Source of the DNA: Azolla caroliniana
Taxonomy: Eukaryota; Plantae; Polypodiophyta
Direction of reading: 5' to 3'
Assembly (NCBI GenBank): GCA_043228905.1
Contig: JBHGNT010000018.1
Span: 4,526,001-4,590,000, forward strand
DNA length: 64,000 nt
Shown: positions 9,271-20,934 of the stretch, piece by piece
How positions within the stretch are numbered: the stretch's first letter is position 1
Layout of the letters: each line of letters opens with the position of its first letter
The notes under the pieces: generated by a model
Database searches by the model: none
Told to the model about the DNA's origin: nothing
What the model saw: the letters and a program-made list of their open reading frames with translations, nothing else
Made by a program: the position numbers and the translations under genes

Positions 9271-11749
9271 GCTGTAGATGAGTAGATAAATTAGCTTGTA
9301 TCTTGTGTAACCGCTCCAAACGATCCTCTACGCAAGGATTTGTGGGTAACTCTAGGGTTTCAAATACGCACCACCGGGGGTGACAACCCGTATAAGCATA
9401 AAATGGTGTAACCTTTGTCGATGAGTGGACAGAGTTATTATATGCAAATTCGGCGAAGTGGAGAATATCGGCCCAATCATCTCGATGATAGGTTAGAAAG
9501 CACCGAACATACTACTCTAGCGTTTGAAATGTTCGTTTTGCTTGGCCGTCTGTTTGCGGGTGGTAGCCGGAGGAGAGGTTACAAGTGACCTTGAGCATTT
9601 TAAAGAGGGGTCCACGGTCGGTGATGATACTATCGGGAAGGCCATGATGCCGACATACTTCACGCATGACAGTTTCAGCGGTTTCCTCACTGGAGATTTC
9701 CTTAGTACATGGTAGGAAATGGGCCATCTACTACTGTTAAGATCACATCGAATCCCTTAGAGACCGGAAGATTTATGATGAAATCTAGAACAATGGATTG
9801 CCACGGCTTGCTTGGAATTAGTAATGGTTCCAATAAACCATATGGATGATGCCTTGGCATTTTTGCTCTGCAACATGTATCACAAGTCTGAACAAAATCT
9901 TCGACAAATTGTCGCATATGGGGCCACAAGAATGATCGTTGTACTAAATCTAATGTTTTAGTACTACCAAAATGCTCAATGGTAAGCGTCATTACAATTT
10001 TGGACTACTCGAAGGCGACAAGAACCATTAGGAACATACAAGAGTTTCTTAAAGAATAGTAATCCATCATGACATTCGAATTGTTGATAGTTCGTACCTG
10101 GTTGTTGCGACTGTGAATAAGATGCTCGGGAGGGATCAATTTGTGCTAGAATGGCTTGGGCGAAAGCATCTGTCTTCAAGTCCTCACGTATGGTATTGAT
10201 AACGTGGGAATCCAAGGGCATACCAAAGACCTGCGTTGCTTGCAGTTGTGCTGGTCCTAAGATTACTTGCTTTTGGTTATCGGAAGCTGGCTCACCAGGA
10301 CACGATGCTAGATACGAGCGCCGTGATAATGCATCTGCCTTCCCTTGTTGCTTCCCCAGATGATATGTAATTTTGAAGTCAAAACGAGTGAGGAATTGGG
10401 CCCACCGAGCTTGACATTGATTTAACACACGAGCATTCTGAAAGTAGGCAAGGTTTTTGTGATCACTGAATACACATGACTTGATGAGAAGATCCTTCTA
10501 GAAAATGCCTCCATTGTGTAAAAGAGTCCACTATTGCTAATAGCTCCTTATCATGAATTTCATAGTTGATTTTGGCGATGTCAAACTTACGTGAGTCAAA
10601 AGCCACAAGATGGAGCTTTTCATCATCGCCTTATTGTGATAGAATGCTACCCAACGTGAAATCCGACGCATCTGCTTCGATGATGAATGGTTTTTCCGGA
10701 TCAACATGAGCTAGAATAGGAGCTGATGTAAATGCCTTCTTAAGATTCTCAAAATCCATGTTTGCTTCTTCAGACCAAACGAACGATTGTCCCTTCCTGA
10801 TGAGTTGTGTGAGAGGCAGAACAAGCTTTGAGTAATCATGTATAAACTTGCGGTAGAAATTGATAAAGCCTAAAAAGCATTGCACATCTCGCAACGAACG
10901 CGGAGTCTGCCACTCTACCACCGTTTTGACCTTAGCTAGATCCATGGAGACGCCTTCCAAGGAAATGACATAGCCCAGAAATTCTACTTGGTTACACTCG
11001 AAACTACATTTTTCTAGCTTTGCATAAAGATCATGTTCTCGAAGTCGTTTTAGTACTAATAGTACATGAGAATCATGCTCTTCTTGGGTCTTCGAATAAA
11101 CCAGTAGATCATCCAAATAGATGATCAAACAAACATCCAAGAGATCTCGGAATATATCATTTGCCATGTGCTGGAAGATTGCAGGCGCATTAGTGAGGCC
11201 GAATGGCATGACCGTATACTCGAAGTGCCTGTATCTGGTGCGAAACGCGGTCTTCCATTCATCTCGTGGTCGGATCCGTACGAGGTTATATGCTCCTCGT
11301 AAGTCGATCTTTGTGAAGAACCTTGCACCATTGATCCATTCTAAAAGACTTGAGATAAGGGGAAGTGCGTAACTATTCTTGATGGTGACCTTATTCAAGC
11401 CATAGTAATCTACGACGAGACGAAGTGATCCATCCTTTTTCTTGACAAAGAAAATGGGTGCGCCGGCTAGAGATTTCGAATGTCGAATGAAACCATTTGC
11501 CAAATTCTCCTCTATATAGGCTCAAAGGACTTCTAGCTCGGTTGGTGACAAATTGTAGATCGATCCCCATGGTGGCTCTTTTCCTGATTGTAAATCGATG
11601 GGGCAATCATACGGTCGATGGTGAGGAAGCGTATTGGCTTGTACTTTATCGAACACATCGGCATAATGACGATACTTCTCTGGAAGTTGAACGGTGGACT
11701 CCTCTTTAGTGGTGTTGGAAGGTTTTACTGATACCGTGAAGAGAAACAT
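9271..11749 (-). pseudogene. Chromovirus pol: RT, RNase H, integrase core (disrupted)
   Basis: APIFFVKKKDGSLRLVVDY, FTKIDLRGAY, MPFGLTNAPA, IYLDDLL, EADASDF, CDTCCRAK, YHPQTDGQ. Confidence 0.93.
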
Positions 11750-11763
11750 TTCTTCCTTGCGTC

Positions 11764-12444
11764 TAGCAATGGGCCTGGTTCAGTTTTGGTTTCCTGGCCT
11801 TGAAACCAAACCAAACCAAACCATTTATTTATAATAAAAACCAAACCAAATCGTTTACGGAAATTTTAGAACCAAACCAAACCGGTTTATCATAAATCAA
11901 AACCAAACCAAATCATTTTTTTGAGATATTGATTATCATATACATTATAAATCTATGTGAGAAAATCATCATAAATTTGGTCATCATACTTATCATAAAT
12001 TTAGTTATCACACTTATTATAAATATGGTCATCATACCTGTCATAAATTTAATCATCATACATATTATAAATTTGGTCATCATACTTATCATAAATTTGA
12101 TAATCATACATTAAAAGGACACTCTACTTATAATGTATATAAAATTTAATAAATTAGAGCCTAGAGGTTTAAAATTAAAAGTTGAAAGTTTCTCTAGAGG
12201 TGAAAATTTAGGAATATTTTTTAAACCATAAACCTATAAACCTATAAACCTTTAAACCAAACCACATAAACCGAAATCGCTAAACCGCCAAACCATGAAA
12301 AGCAAAACCAAACCGAACCGAAACCAAACCAGATCATAACATTTGAAACCAAACCAAACGGTTTATTTATTTTTGAACCAATAAACCGTTAAGCCATGGT
12401 TTAACGGTTCGGTTCGGTTCGAGCCGAAACCGGGCCCATTGCTA
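11764..12444. mobile_element. hAT-type MITE (681 bp)
   Basis: TIR TAGCAATGGGCC(T/C)GGTT, 16/17 match; 8-bp TSD CTTGCGTC at 11756-11763 and 12445-12452; subterminal AAACC arrays; internal ATCATA-rich tandem repeat of about 24 bp. Confidence 0.93.
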
Positions 12445-12452
12445 CTTGCGTC

Positions 12453-13305
12453 CTTCCTCACGCAATTGATGTAGCGAAATCGATTAAGGTTTTGCTACCA
12501 CTGAGGCGTAAGTGGGCTATGATCTTGCCCTTGGCATCTTGAACTGACGTTCCGAACGTCGTTCGAAAAGACAATTGTCGCATCTCACCACGTGACTGAT
12601 TGCTTCTGTCAATGACTTTGATTGTTCGGGGAAGGTCAAGAGTAAATCCTTGACATCGTTACGTAGACTATAACGAAATTACTCCATAAGTGCTTGGTCA
12701 TCCCAGGGGATATCAGAGGCGAGTAGGTGGAAATTTGCAGCGTATGCAGAGGCTGGACAATCACCTTGACGTAATCGTCGGATTTTGTTGATTGATGTCC
12801 TTATGCTGTTAGTATCTCCAAAACAGGCCTTAAACTCACTTAAAAACTCTTCAAAATTGTTTAGTAAAGGAGATTCCTTTTCTAACAACGGAGTGAACCA
12901 TGCCAAACCTGAGCCGCTTAACAACGTGCCTACTAAACCCACTCGTGATGTGTTGGTGGGATATCAGGAAGGATGCATTTGAATGACTAATCATACCTGA
13001 TTAAGGAATCCTCTAAATTGCGATCGCGTTCCATCGAATTTCATGGGAAGGTTGATCTTGGGTTCTTTATGAACCCCTCGCGTGTTGGGTCTTTGTTGTT
13101 GCATCGCGATTATGGTTGCTTCGAGTTGTTGCGTGCGTAATGCTAGTTCCCCATGTTGTTGTTGCGTCAACTGCTTCTCTAAGGAGATTTGTTGAAGCTC
13201 CCCCAATAGTCGTTGATTTTCTTGTTCCAATGAGAGAAACTTCTCTTTTAAGCATTGCAACTCCGAAAAAACGGATTGATATTCTTGAGCGCTAACAGTG
13301 GCCAT
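12453..13305 (-). pseudogene. Chromovirus gag (coiled coil plus capsid), disrupted
   Basis: KEPKINLPMKFDGTRSQFRGFLNQV; LLSGSGLAWF; IRRLRQG...YAANF. Confidence 0.88.
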
Positions 13306-13401
13306 AGTATGAGAGAAAAGAGGAATAAGAGATTAGTATGAAGGGAGGGAGAAGTAAGAAGATAAAGGAAGAGAAGGAAAGAGACCAAAATCAGTTCAAA
13401 C

Positions 13402-13531
13402 TGTTAGGAACAGTACTAAGACAAAGAAGTATTGTCAGGAACAGTACTAAGACAGAGAAGGAATTAGTACTAAAAGATGAGGATTAGTACTAAGGGAGGT
13501 ATAGAACTTTCGAGAGAAGGAAAGAGTGAGT

Positions 13532-13571
<40 letters not shown>

Positions 13572-13866
13572 TGATAACAAAAGAATATATTATGTTAAGA
13601 GAATATACAATAGTAACTAGGAGGCTTAAGACTGGCGTTAAACCGATTTGGTTCGAAATAATGCCTTGTGCCTCCTTTTATAGTTTTCTCAGGAGTACTC
13701 TTGAAGTTTCTAGAACGTTCCAGAGAAATCTGGAATATACATCAAATTTCTATAGTAAAACTTAAATGAAAATAATATCTTTCGTATTACAACATATAGC
13801 CTAATGGTCAAGAGCTCGATGCATGTAACATAAGGTCATGGGTTTGAGTCTTGCCATATCATGATA
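13402..13866 (-). repeat. 5' LTR of the chromovirus, with a 31-bp tandem duplication at its U5 end
   Basis: TGTTAGGAACAGTACTAAGACAAAGAAG at 13402 recurs as TGTCAGGAACAGTACTAAGACAGAGAAG at 13433; ends TGATA followed by the TSD. Confidence 0.9.
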
Positions 13867-13937
13867 GCATTAAATTGAATCTTATTCTTTTCTTAAAATA
13901 AATCATTCTTGTTTTTTGGGTATGTTCATTAGGAGAG

Positions 13938-14901
13938 TACTCATGAAAGCACATGGTTACGTAAGGTTAGTTGGGACCCTTTGCAATGGACATGGCGCGA
14001 TCCTTATGCGGGGCAAGGAAGCAAACCCATCCCTTTCTTCCAATTCACAACTAGATTGGGTCGCCACATTCTAGCTGCTCAAACCGCCTCAGAGCCAGCA
14101 ATTGCAAAGGTCTGGCATACATTTCAAGTTCCTCACACAATTATCACCAAGTTTTGGCAGAAAATCTGGAAACAACAACACGTGAGGCGAATTACCACGT
14201 TCCAATGGCTATTAATACATAAGTCACTACCGGTGGGAGCATGGCAATGTGGGAACCTTAGCTCTCCTAATTGTGTAATGTGCCCAAATGTAGTAGAATC
14301 AATATGACACGCTCTGTGGGGCTGCCCACCGTCCCATCGAATATGGCAGGGGGTTGGCCGCTTGTTGCAATTATGCTAGGTGCAAGGCTCAATCAAGTGG
14401 GGATATATATGTTGGCTATCATGATTGACCCCAGTTGATAGATATGAGCATCAGGAGGAGTGGATGACTTTGGTGATAAGAGCACAATATGTTTTTTTTC
14501 CCCACTAGTGGCAATGTCCACTCAACTCCTCTTAATGACAAATCTGAAGTTGTGTTGGAATTGGTCAGCCCAATAACTCTTTGGAAACAACGGTGTAGAC
14601 GGGTCTTCTCCAACCAAATTGTGCATCCAACAAGGTTACTGTAAGAGATATGGAGTGAAATTGTAGCCACTCTAAAGAGCCAATATGATGGCCTCAAGGG
14701 CGGCTCCGATGGAGTTGAAAGACAACAAATAGCCTTCATCCAACAATGGTCGTCCTCTCCCTTTCTTGAGTCAGTGGGCATCCACATAAGATGGAACTAT
14801 CGCGTCCCTACAAGGATTTGTACATAATAGTCTCATTTGTAAAATTTTATAACTAATGGAAGGAGTTTTCTTTGGAAAAAAAAAGAAAAAAGAGAAAAAA
14901 A
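13938..14901 (+). mobile_element. 5'-truncated L1/Tx1-like LINE 3' end (zf-RVT) with A-rich tail
   Basis: FWQKIWK...FQWLLIHKSLPVG...CVMC...ESI*HALWGC; A-rich tail at 14876-14901; possible TSD AGGAGAG (13931, 14902). Confidence 0.75.
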
Positions 14902-15578
14902 AGGAGAGAATGGAGGCTTAAAAATAGTAAGCCCATGCTTGACTTTTATGCAACCACTTGCATGAGGTAATTTATGGTTTATGCATAAAAATATGTGCTT
15001 TCAAAGAAAGATATAAACGCAATTTCAAAAAATTTACAAAATTGGTAGATGTTAATCTTAATAATCCTTGAGCTGATGATTATGGGTGCCTTCATATGCA
15101 AACCTTTGAAATACATGCACACAATAGAACAACACAATTTGTTCCATGTGGGCAATCAACACTAGCATTTGGGCTCCATACTAATTGCATTGCTACACAA
15201 CGACTACAAACGTCCCTCCCAACTCCATTGTCTATCATGCCTATAATGTCCTTACCTCATTCTAAATCATGCCTTCATGGTACACTGCATTTTCCCAATT
15301 CATTGAATTTATTTAACTTTAACTTGCTCTAAATCTCGAGGAATCTACACTAAACCACATTCCTCATTATGATAATCATGGCCCCAAACACATCTTCACC
15401 ATATCATTCATGAACAAAAAATAAATCAAGATTGTAAGAGATCATAGGTAACTCTTGAGCATTAGTGATAAATAAACAAAGGGCCATAAATGAAACAAGG
15501 TGATATTTCTCAAGGATTATATGCATATAATAATATGGGACTATACAGACTTGCATCTCCAAGCAGGACGGCACCAAC

Positions 15579-18500
15579 TGTTGGAAGCAATGTCGTCAGT
15601 GCGGAAGATCTTGAAGCACTCGATTCCTGTTTATTCCCTGTGTATGACAGAATGTAGGTCGTTGCACAGAGAGAGAGAGAGAGAGACACAAAAGACTCTT
15701 TATTTCACAAAGCAATAATACAACAACCAACCTCACAAAGAGGTTACAAGGTCACTATATATAGTGACCGACTTAGGGCAACTACCCTTTATGCTAATTA
15801 CATAAATGGCCGAAACGGGATGGTGTGAATACGTCCATTATACACATGTATTCGACACTCCCCCGTAATGGGCGTATACATGGGTTATCTAAGATTACAG
15901 GTATAGACTTAGGTTCTCGGACATATCAGCTTTGTTCGAGTCGGCAGGATCCGAAGACAGAAGACCGAACTGGTCGGGTCGGAACAGTTGAAGCCGATCA
16001 TTAAGGAGCTGATGTCGGTTGTCGGGAACCATCCTGCTCTGTGTCCGGCTCTAACCGGACTGGTTTGTCGTTACGCCCATCTGATGCCGAAGAGACCGAA
16101 AACGGTCTGCCGAGAGACATTTGGTCATTCCATCTGCGACATTATCGGTTGTGGATATTTTCTCTAGACCGATTTTCCCTGAAATGACGCAGTCCCGAAC
16201 GAAGTGATATCGAACGTCGATATGTTTGGAGGCGTTGTGGTGAACCGGATTTTTCGACAAGGCAACATCACCTTGACTGTCGCTGTAGACAACTGGAGCC
16301 GAGTCATGTTCGACTTGTCGAAACGTGTGCGCCAGCCGACCGAGCCACAAAGCTTCTTTTGCTGCGTCGGACGCAGCTACATATTCTGCTTCGGTCGTTG
16401 AGGTCGCTGTGCACTCCTGAAGTTTCGAATTCCACGAGATTGCTCCATTGCCGAATTTGAAGCAGTATCCGGTTGTTGATTTCCGACTGTCTATACAGCC
16501 GGCGAAGTCCGAGTCGGTGTAACCGACTACGCCTGAGGTTCGGTTCGGTCCGAAAAGAATGCCATGGTCTTTTGTGCCAGCCAGATATCTGAACACATGC
16601 TTGACTGCGTTCCAATGCGATCGGCCAGGATTGTGCATAAATCTGCTAACGACTCCTACGGCATGAGAGATGTCAGGCCGTGTCGCGACCATCAGGTACA
16701 TAAGGGAGCCGACTGCCGGTGCATACGGTACCGACTTCATATCTTCCCCCTCCGAACCGGATGTCGGGCAGTCTCGCTGAGAGAGCCGAAGATTCATAGG
16801 GAGTGGGGTTGAAGCAGATTTGGCTGATTGCATGTTGAAGCGTTCCAAGACACGTCCGATATAGTCGGTCTGAGACAAAAAAAGATGTCGTTTATTGCGA
16901 TGCCGACTAATCTTCATGCCAAGGATGTGTCGTGCCGGACCGAGGTCCTTCATGGCAAACTTCAACCGCAGTTGCCGAACGAGATCGGCAAGTTCGCCCG
17001 CGTGGCGTCCAGAAATTAGCATGTCGTCCACGTAAATGATGAGGAAGATGGGTGATCCATCTCGAGCTGTGTTGGTGAAGAGACAATGGTCCTCATCGCT
17101 TTTGGAGAAGCCGATTGATTGGATGAAGTCGTCGAACTTCTTGTACCATTGTCGCGGTGCCTGTTTGAGGCCGTATAGACTCTTCCTGAGTCGGCAGACT
17201 AGATGTTCTTGGCCAGTTGCCACGAAGCCTTTTGGCTGCTCCATATAAATTTCCTCCTCGAGATCACCATGGAGGAAGGCTGTTTTGACATCTAGCTGAA
17301 TCAGCTCCAAGTTGTCGGCTGCCACGACGCCGAGCAGAAGACGAAGGGTTGTCATTTTCACCACTGGTGAAAAAATCTCGTCGAAGTCGACGCCATATTC
17401 TTGTCGGAAGCCCTTCGCAACTAATCTGGCCTTGTACTTTGGGGTGGTCGAATCAGACGTCTCTTTTAGTCGATAAACCCACTTGCAAGGAAGAGCACGT
17501 CGGTTCCTAGGTAATTCGACCAGATCCCAAGTCTTGTTTGCCCGGATGGAGTGCATTTCCGACTCCATCGCCAGATGCCAGGTGGCCGAATCGACAGATG
17601 TCGATGCTTCTTCGTAAGACGTCGGTTCGCCGGCGTCGGTGAAGAAAATTCCAGGAGAATACCTCTCCGGAGGTTGCGACAGTCTCTCGGATCGTCGAGG
17701 TATGATTGGACTGGTCGCATCGGGTATCGAGGTCGGATGGTCCGAAACCGAATCATTCGGCTGTGCCGAGTCAGAGTTGTCCGAGTCGGTAGTATAAGGT
17801 TCAGCTACCCGTGAAGCTGACCGTGTGTTGAGAGCGGGGCCTTCTTGAAGGGTCGGCACATCGGAGAATGTTACCCTTCGGACTTCGATCGGTTTTTCGA
17901 CTGATGGATTCATAGCCGACTCGTTGAACACAACGTCCGAACTTCGAACGATTTGTCTGCGTTCGGGGTCCCAGAGTCGGTATCCCATTTCGCCGTCTGA
18001 TCCATATCCAAGGAAAATGCATTTCCTGGACCGAGGTGCAAGTTTTCGGCGATCATCTTTCGGAATGAGGGCGTACGCCTCGCATCCGAAGATCCTCAGC
18101 TTGTCGTAATTCGGCTTACTGCCGATCCATAGTTCCTGAGGAATTTGAAGTCCTAGAGGTCTACTTGGCGACATATTGATTATGTGTACTGCCGTGAGTA
18201 GAGCCTCTGCCCAGAAGCCATCCGATAGTCCGGAGTGTTGGAGCATGGAAACTATCCTTTCTTGGATTGTCCGATTCATTCGTTCGGCAATCCCGTTTTG
18301 CTCCGGACTGTGTGGTGCCGTAAATTCACGTCGGATGCCGCGTTGTCGGCAGAATTTGACGAATTCATCGGATTTGAACTCTCCCCCATTGTCTGTCCGA
18401 AGGCATTTCAGCTTTCGGTCGGTTTGATTTTCTACCATAGCGAGCCAATCGGTGAAGATCGAGAAGACACGATCTTTGGTGCGAATTGGATAAGCCCACA

Positions 18501-20934
18501 CCTTTCGAGTCGAATCGTCAATAAAACTGACGAAGTAAGAGGCACCGCCTAGAGACTGATGCGGCATTGGGCCACAGACGTCCGAATGGACTAAATCGAG
18601 AGGTCTCGTTTCTCTTGGTGCTGATGTCGGGTGTGATGCGGCTACTTGTTTGCCATACTGGCAATGCTCGCAGAATTGATGGTCCGAGAAGGAGAGTTTG
18701 GGGATGTATCCGGCGCTAGATAGGTGCGTGATGCCGGCCTTGCTGAGGTGTCCTAATCTTCGGTGCCATAATGATGACACAGGAATATCCACCAAAAACA
18801 GGTTACCCTCTCTGAGCGTAACATGTAACGGATACAGTGAGTGTATCTTGGGTCCTCTAGCAAGCAGGAGGTTCCCCCTGTGGAGTGTCCACCCTCCCGA
18901 AGAAAAACCGGCACGAATGCCGTCTTCATCTAGTTGTCCGACTGAGATCAATGGCCTTGTGAGCTCGGGTACATGTCAGACATTGTGGAGTACAAGTGTA
19001 GAGCCCCCTGCAAGGTTGAGCTCTACTGTGCCGATTCCGACGATGTCACAGTGTTGTGAGTTGCCGACTCGAACTGAGTCGGAGTGACGGATCGTATATT
19101 GCCGAAATTGGGATCGATGAGGAGTCACGTGAAATGACGCGCCCGAATCCAAGAGCCATGTGCTCGATTCTTCAGTCGTGAGTAGAACTTCTGATCCGAC
19201 TGGATTTTCTATTGATAGTATATTCGGGTCGTCCGGTAGTACATCAGCTGAGAAGCTGACGTAATTGATCTCCTCATGCCGGCCACTCTTCTTGTTGTTC
19301 TTGTTCTTGAGTGCGCGGCAGTCGGCTTTGATGTGTCCGGGTTTCTTGCAATAGTTGCAGATTCGGTTATCCCGCGACTGGCTCCGTCTTCGCTGATTGT
19401 TCGGCGGCCGTGAGGAATCTCGTCCTCGTATGTTCGATCGGTCTGTCGAACCTTGTACTACGTAGGCGTCGTCTGTTGAGTCTTTGGCGAAAGACTTTCT
19501 CCGAGCTGCTTCGGTCAGGATTGCGCTCGTGACTTCGGAGTATTTAACAGCCGTGGTTGACGCGTTGCACACGGTTGTGACGAAAGTTTCCCATGATGGG
19601 GGAAGGCTGCTCATGAGTATCATTGCTCTGAGTTCATCCTCGATTGCCGTCCCCTGTGACGAGATTTGGGAGCTTATGCTTTCGTACTCATTTAGGTGTG
19701 CTTGGACCGAGTCGGATTCTTTCATCCGCAAGTTGTAGAGGCGCCGGATCAGAAACATCTTCGTTGCGGCGACCTTCTTTTCGTAAGTGTCCGACAATGT
19801 TTTCCACAGTTCGAATGCTGTCGTACACGATTGCACCGTGAAGTATACCGATTCCGATAGGTGCATCCGAATCGTGGCGCGGACGATTCTGTCCAGCTTC
19901 TGCCACTCAATTGGTTTGTATCCTTCTGGAGGTTCTTCATTTTCGATGGGATCGATTTGCCCCTTGACTATGAGATAGTCCTGCATTTGCTCCTTCCAGA
20001 AGTTAAAGTTCGATCCATCGAACTTTCGTAGACTCATTTCTGACGAGCCGGATGTTGATGCCATCAAATTTGGTTTCGGTTGACGAAGCTCGGTTCGGAG
20101 TTGACTACGAATCTTGTTGGAGTGCAGCCTGTTGGCTCACCCGATATCGTTCTAGTCGGATTTGAACCCGAGTCGGTTCGGCTTCGGATATATGTATTGT
20201 TGAACTTGCTCGAATTGACTACGGTAACCTGAGGGACAGAACCGACTGGTCTTCCCGAATGTCGCCGAGTCGGAGTGAGCCCGGTTCGCTTCGGATATAT
20301 ATGCCGAATACCGATTATTGAAACCGATTATCTGGACCGATTCGGCTTCGGGTGACTGCAGCGACGAGAGAGACGGATCCGACTGATCCTCCCGAATGTC
20401 GATCAGCCAGATGAAGCACGAATTTGGGTTGTTGTCAAAGTTGCACAAGGGGATTTCACCTCGAGCGGTTACGATCACAAGGGACAGAGTACAACCTGCT
20501 GGCTTACTCCAAGCAAGGGGATCTAACGCGATGAGGTGCAAACCTCGTTTTTGTTCTTCTTCTCTCTTTCTTCGAATGACGCAGGAAACCGAATGCAGAG
20601 ACGACGGCCGACAGCGGATTGAAGGACCGACTACTGTGCAGGCTCTGATACCAGATGTTGGAAGCAATGTCGTCAGTGCGGAAGATCTTGAAGCACTCGA
20701 TTCCTGTTTATTCCCTGTGTATGACAGAATGTAGGTCGTTGCACAGAGAGAGAGAGAGAGAGACACAAAAGACTCTTTATTTCACAAAGCAATAATACAA
20801 CAACCAACCTCACAAAGAGGTTACAAGGTCACTATATATAGTGACCGACTTAGGGCAACTACCCTTTATGCTAATTACATAAATGGCCGAAACGGGATGG
20901 TGTGAATACGTCCATTATACACATGTATTCGACA
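15579..20934 (-). mobile_element. Full-length Ty1/copia (element D), very young
   Basis: 279-bp LTRs at 15579-15857 and 20656-20934 with no difference seen; TSD CCAAC at 15574-15578 and 20935-20939; PBS at 20642-20653; PPT at 15858-15864. Confidence 0.97.
16051..20067 (-). pseudogene. Copia D gag-pol polyprotein with one in-frame TGA (18976-18978)
   Basis: ORFs 18976-20067 and 16051-18951 share a frame; CNYCKKPGHIKADC, LDSGAS, HSDVCGP, YVDDM, SKHIDVRYHF. Confidence 0.93.

Larger units (their letters stand above)
746..13866 (-). mobile_element. Ty3/gypsy chromovirus (Tcn1-like), degenerate, host of nested insertions
   Basis: LTRs 746-1190 and 13402/13433-13866; TSD GCATT at 741-745 and 13867-13871; PPT at 1191-1206; gag-RT-RH-INT-chromodomain order. 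Confidence 0.95.

Noticed and set aside
11913-12114. Met/Ile-rich ORFs
   Set aside because: Artefacts of the AT-rich minisatellite inside a MITE.
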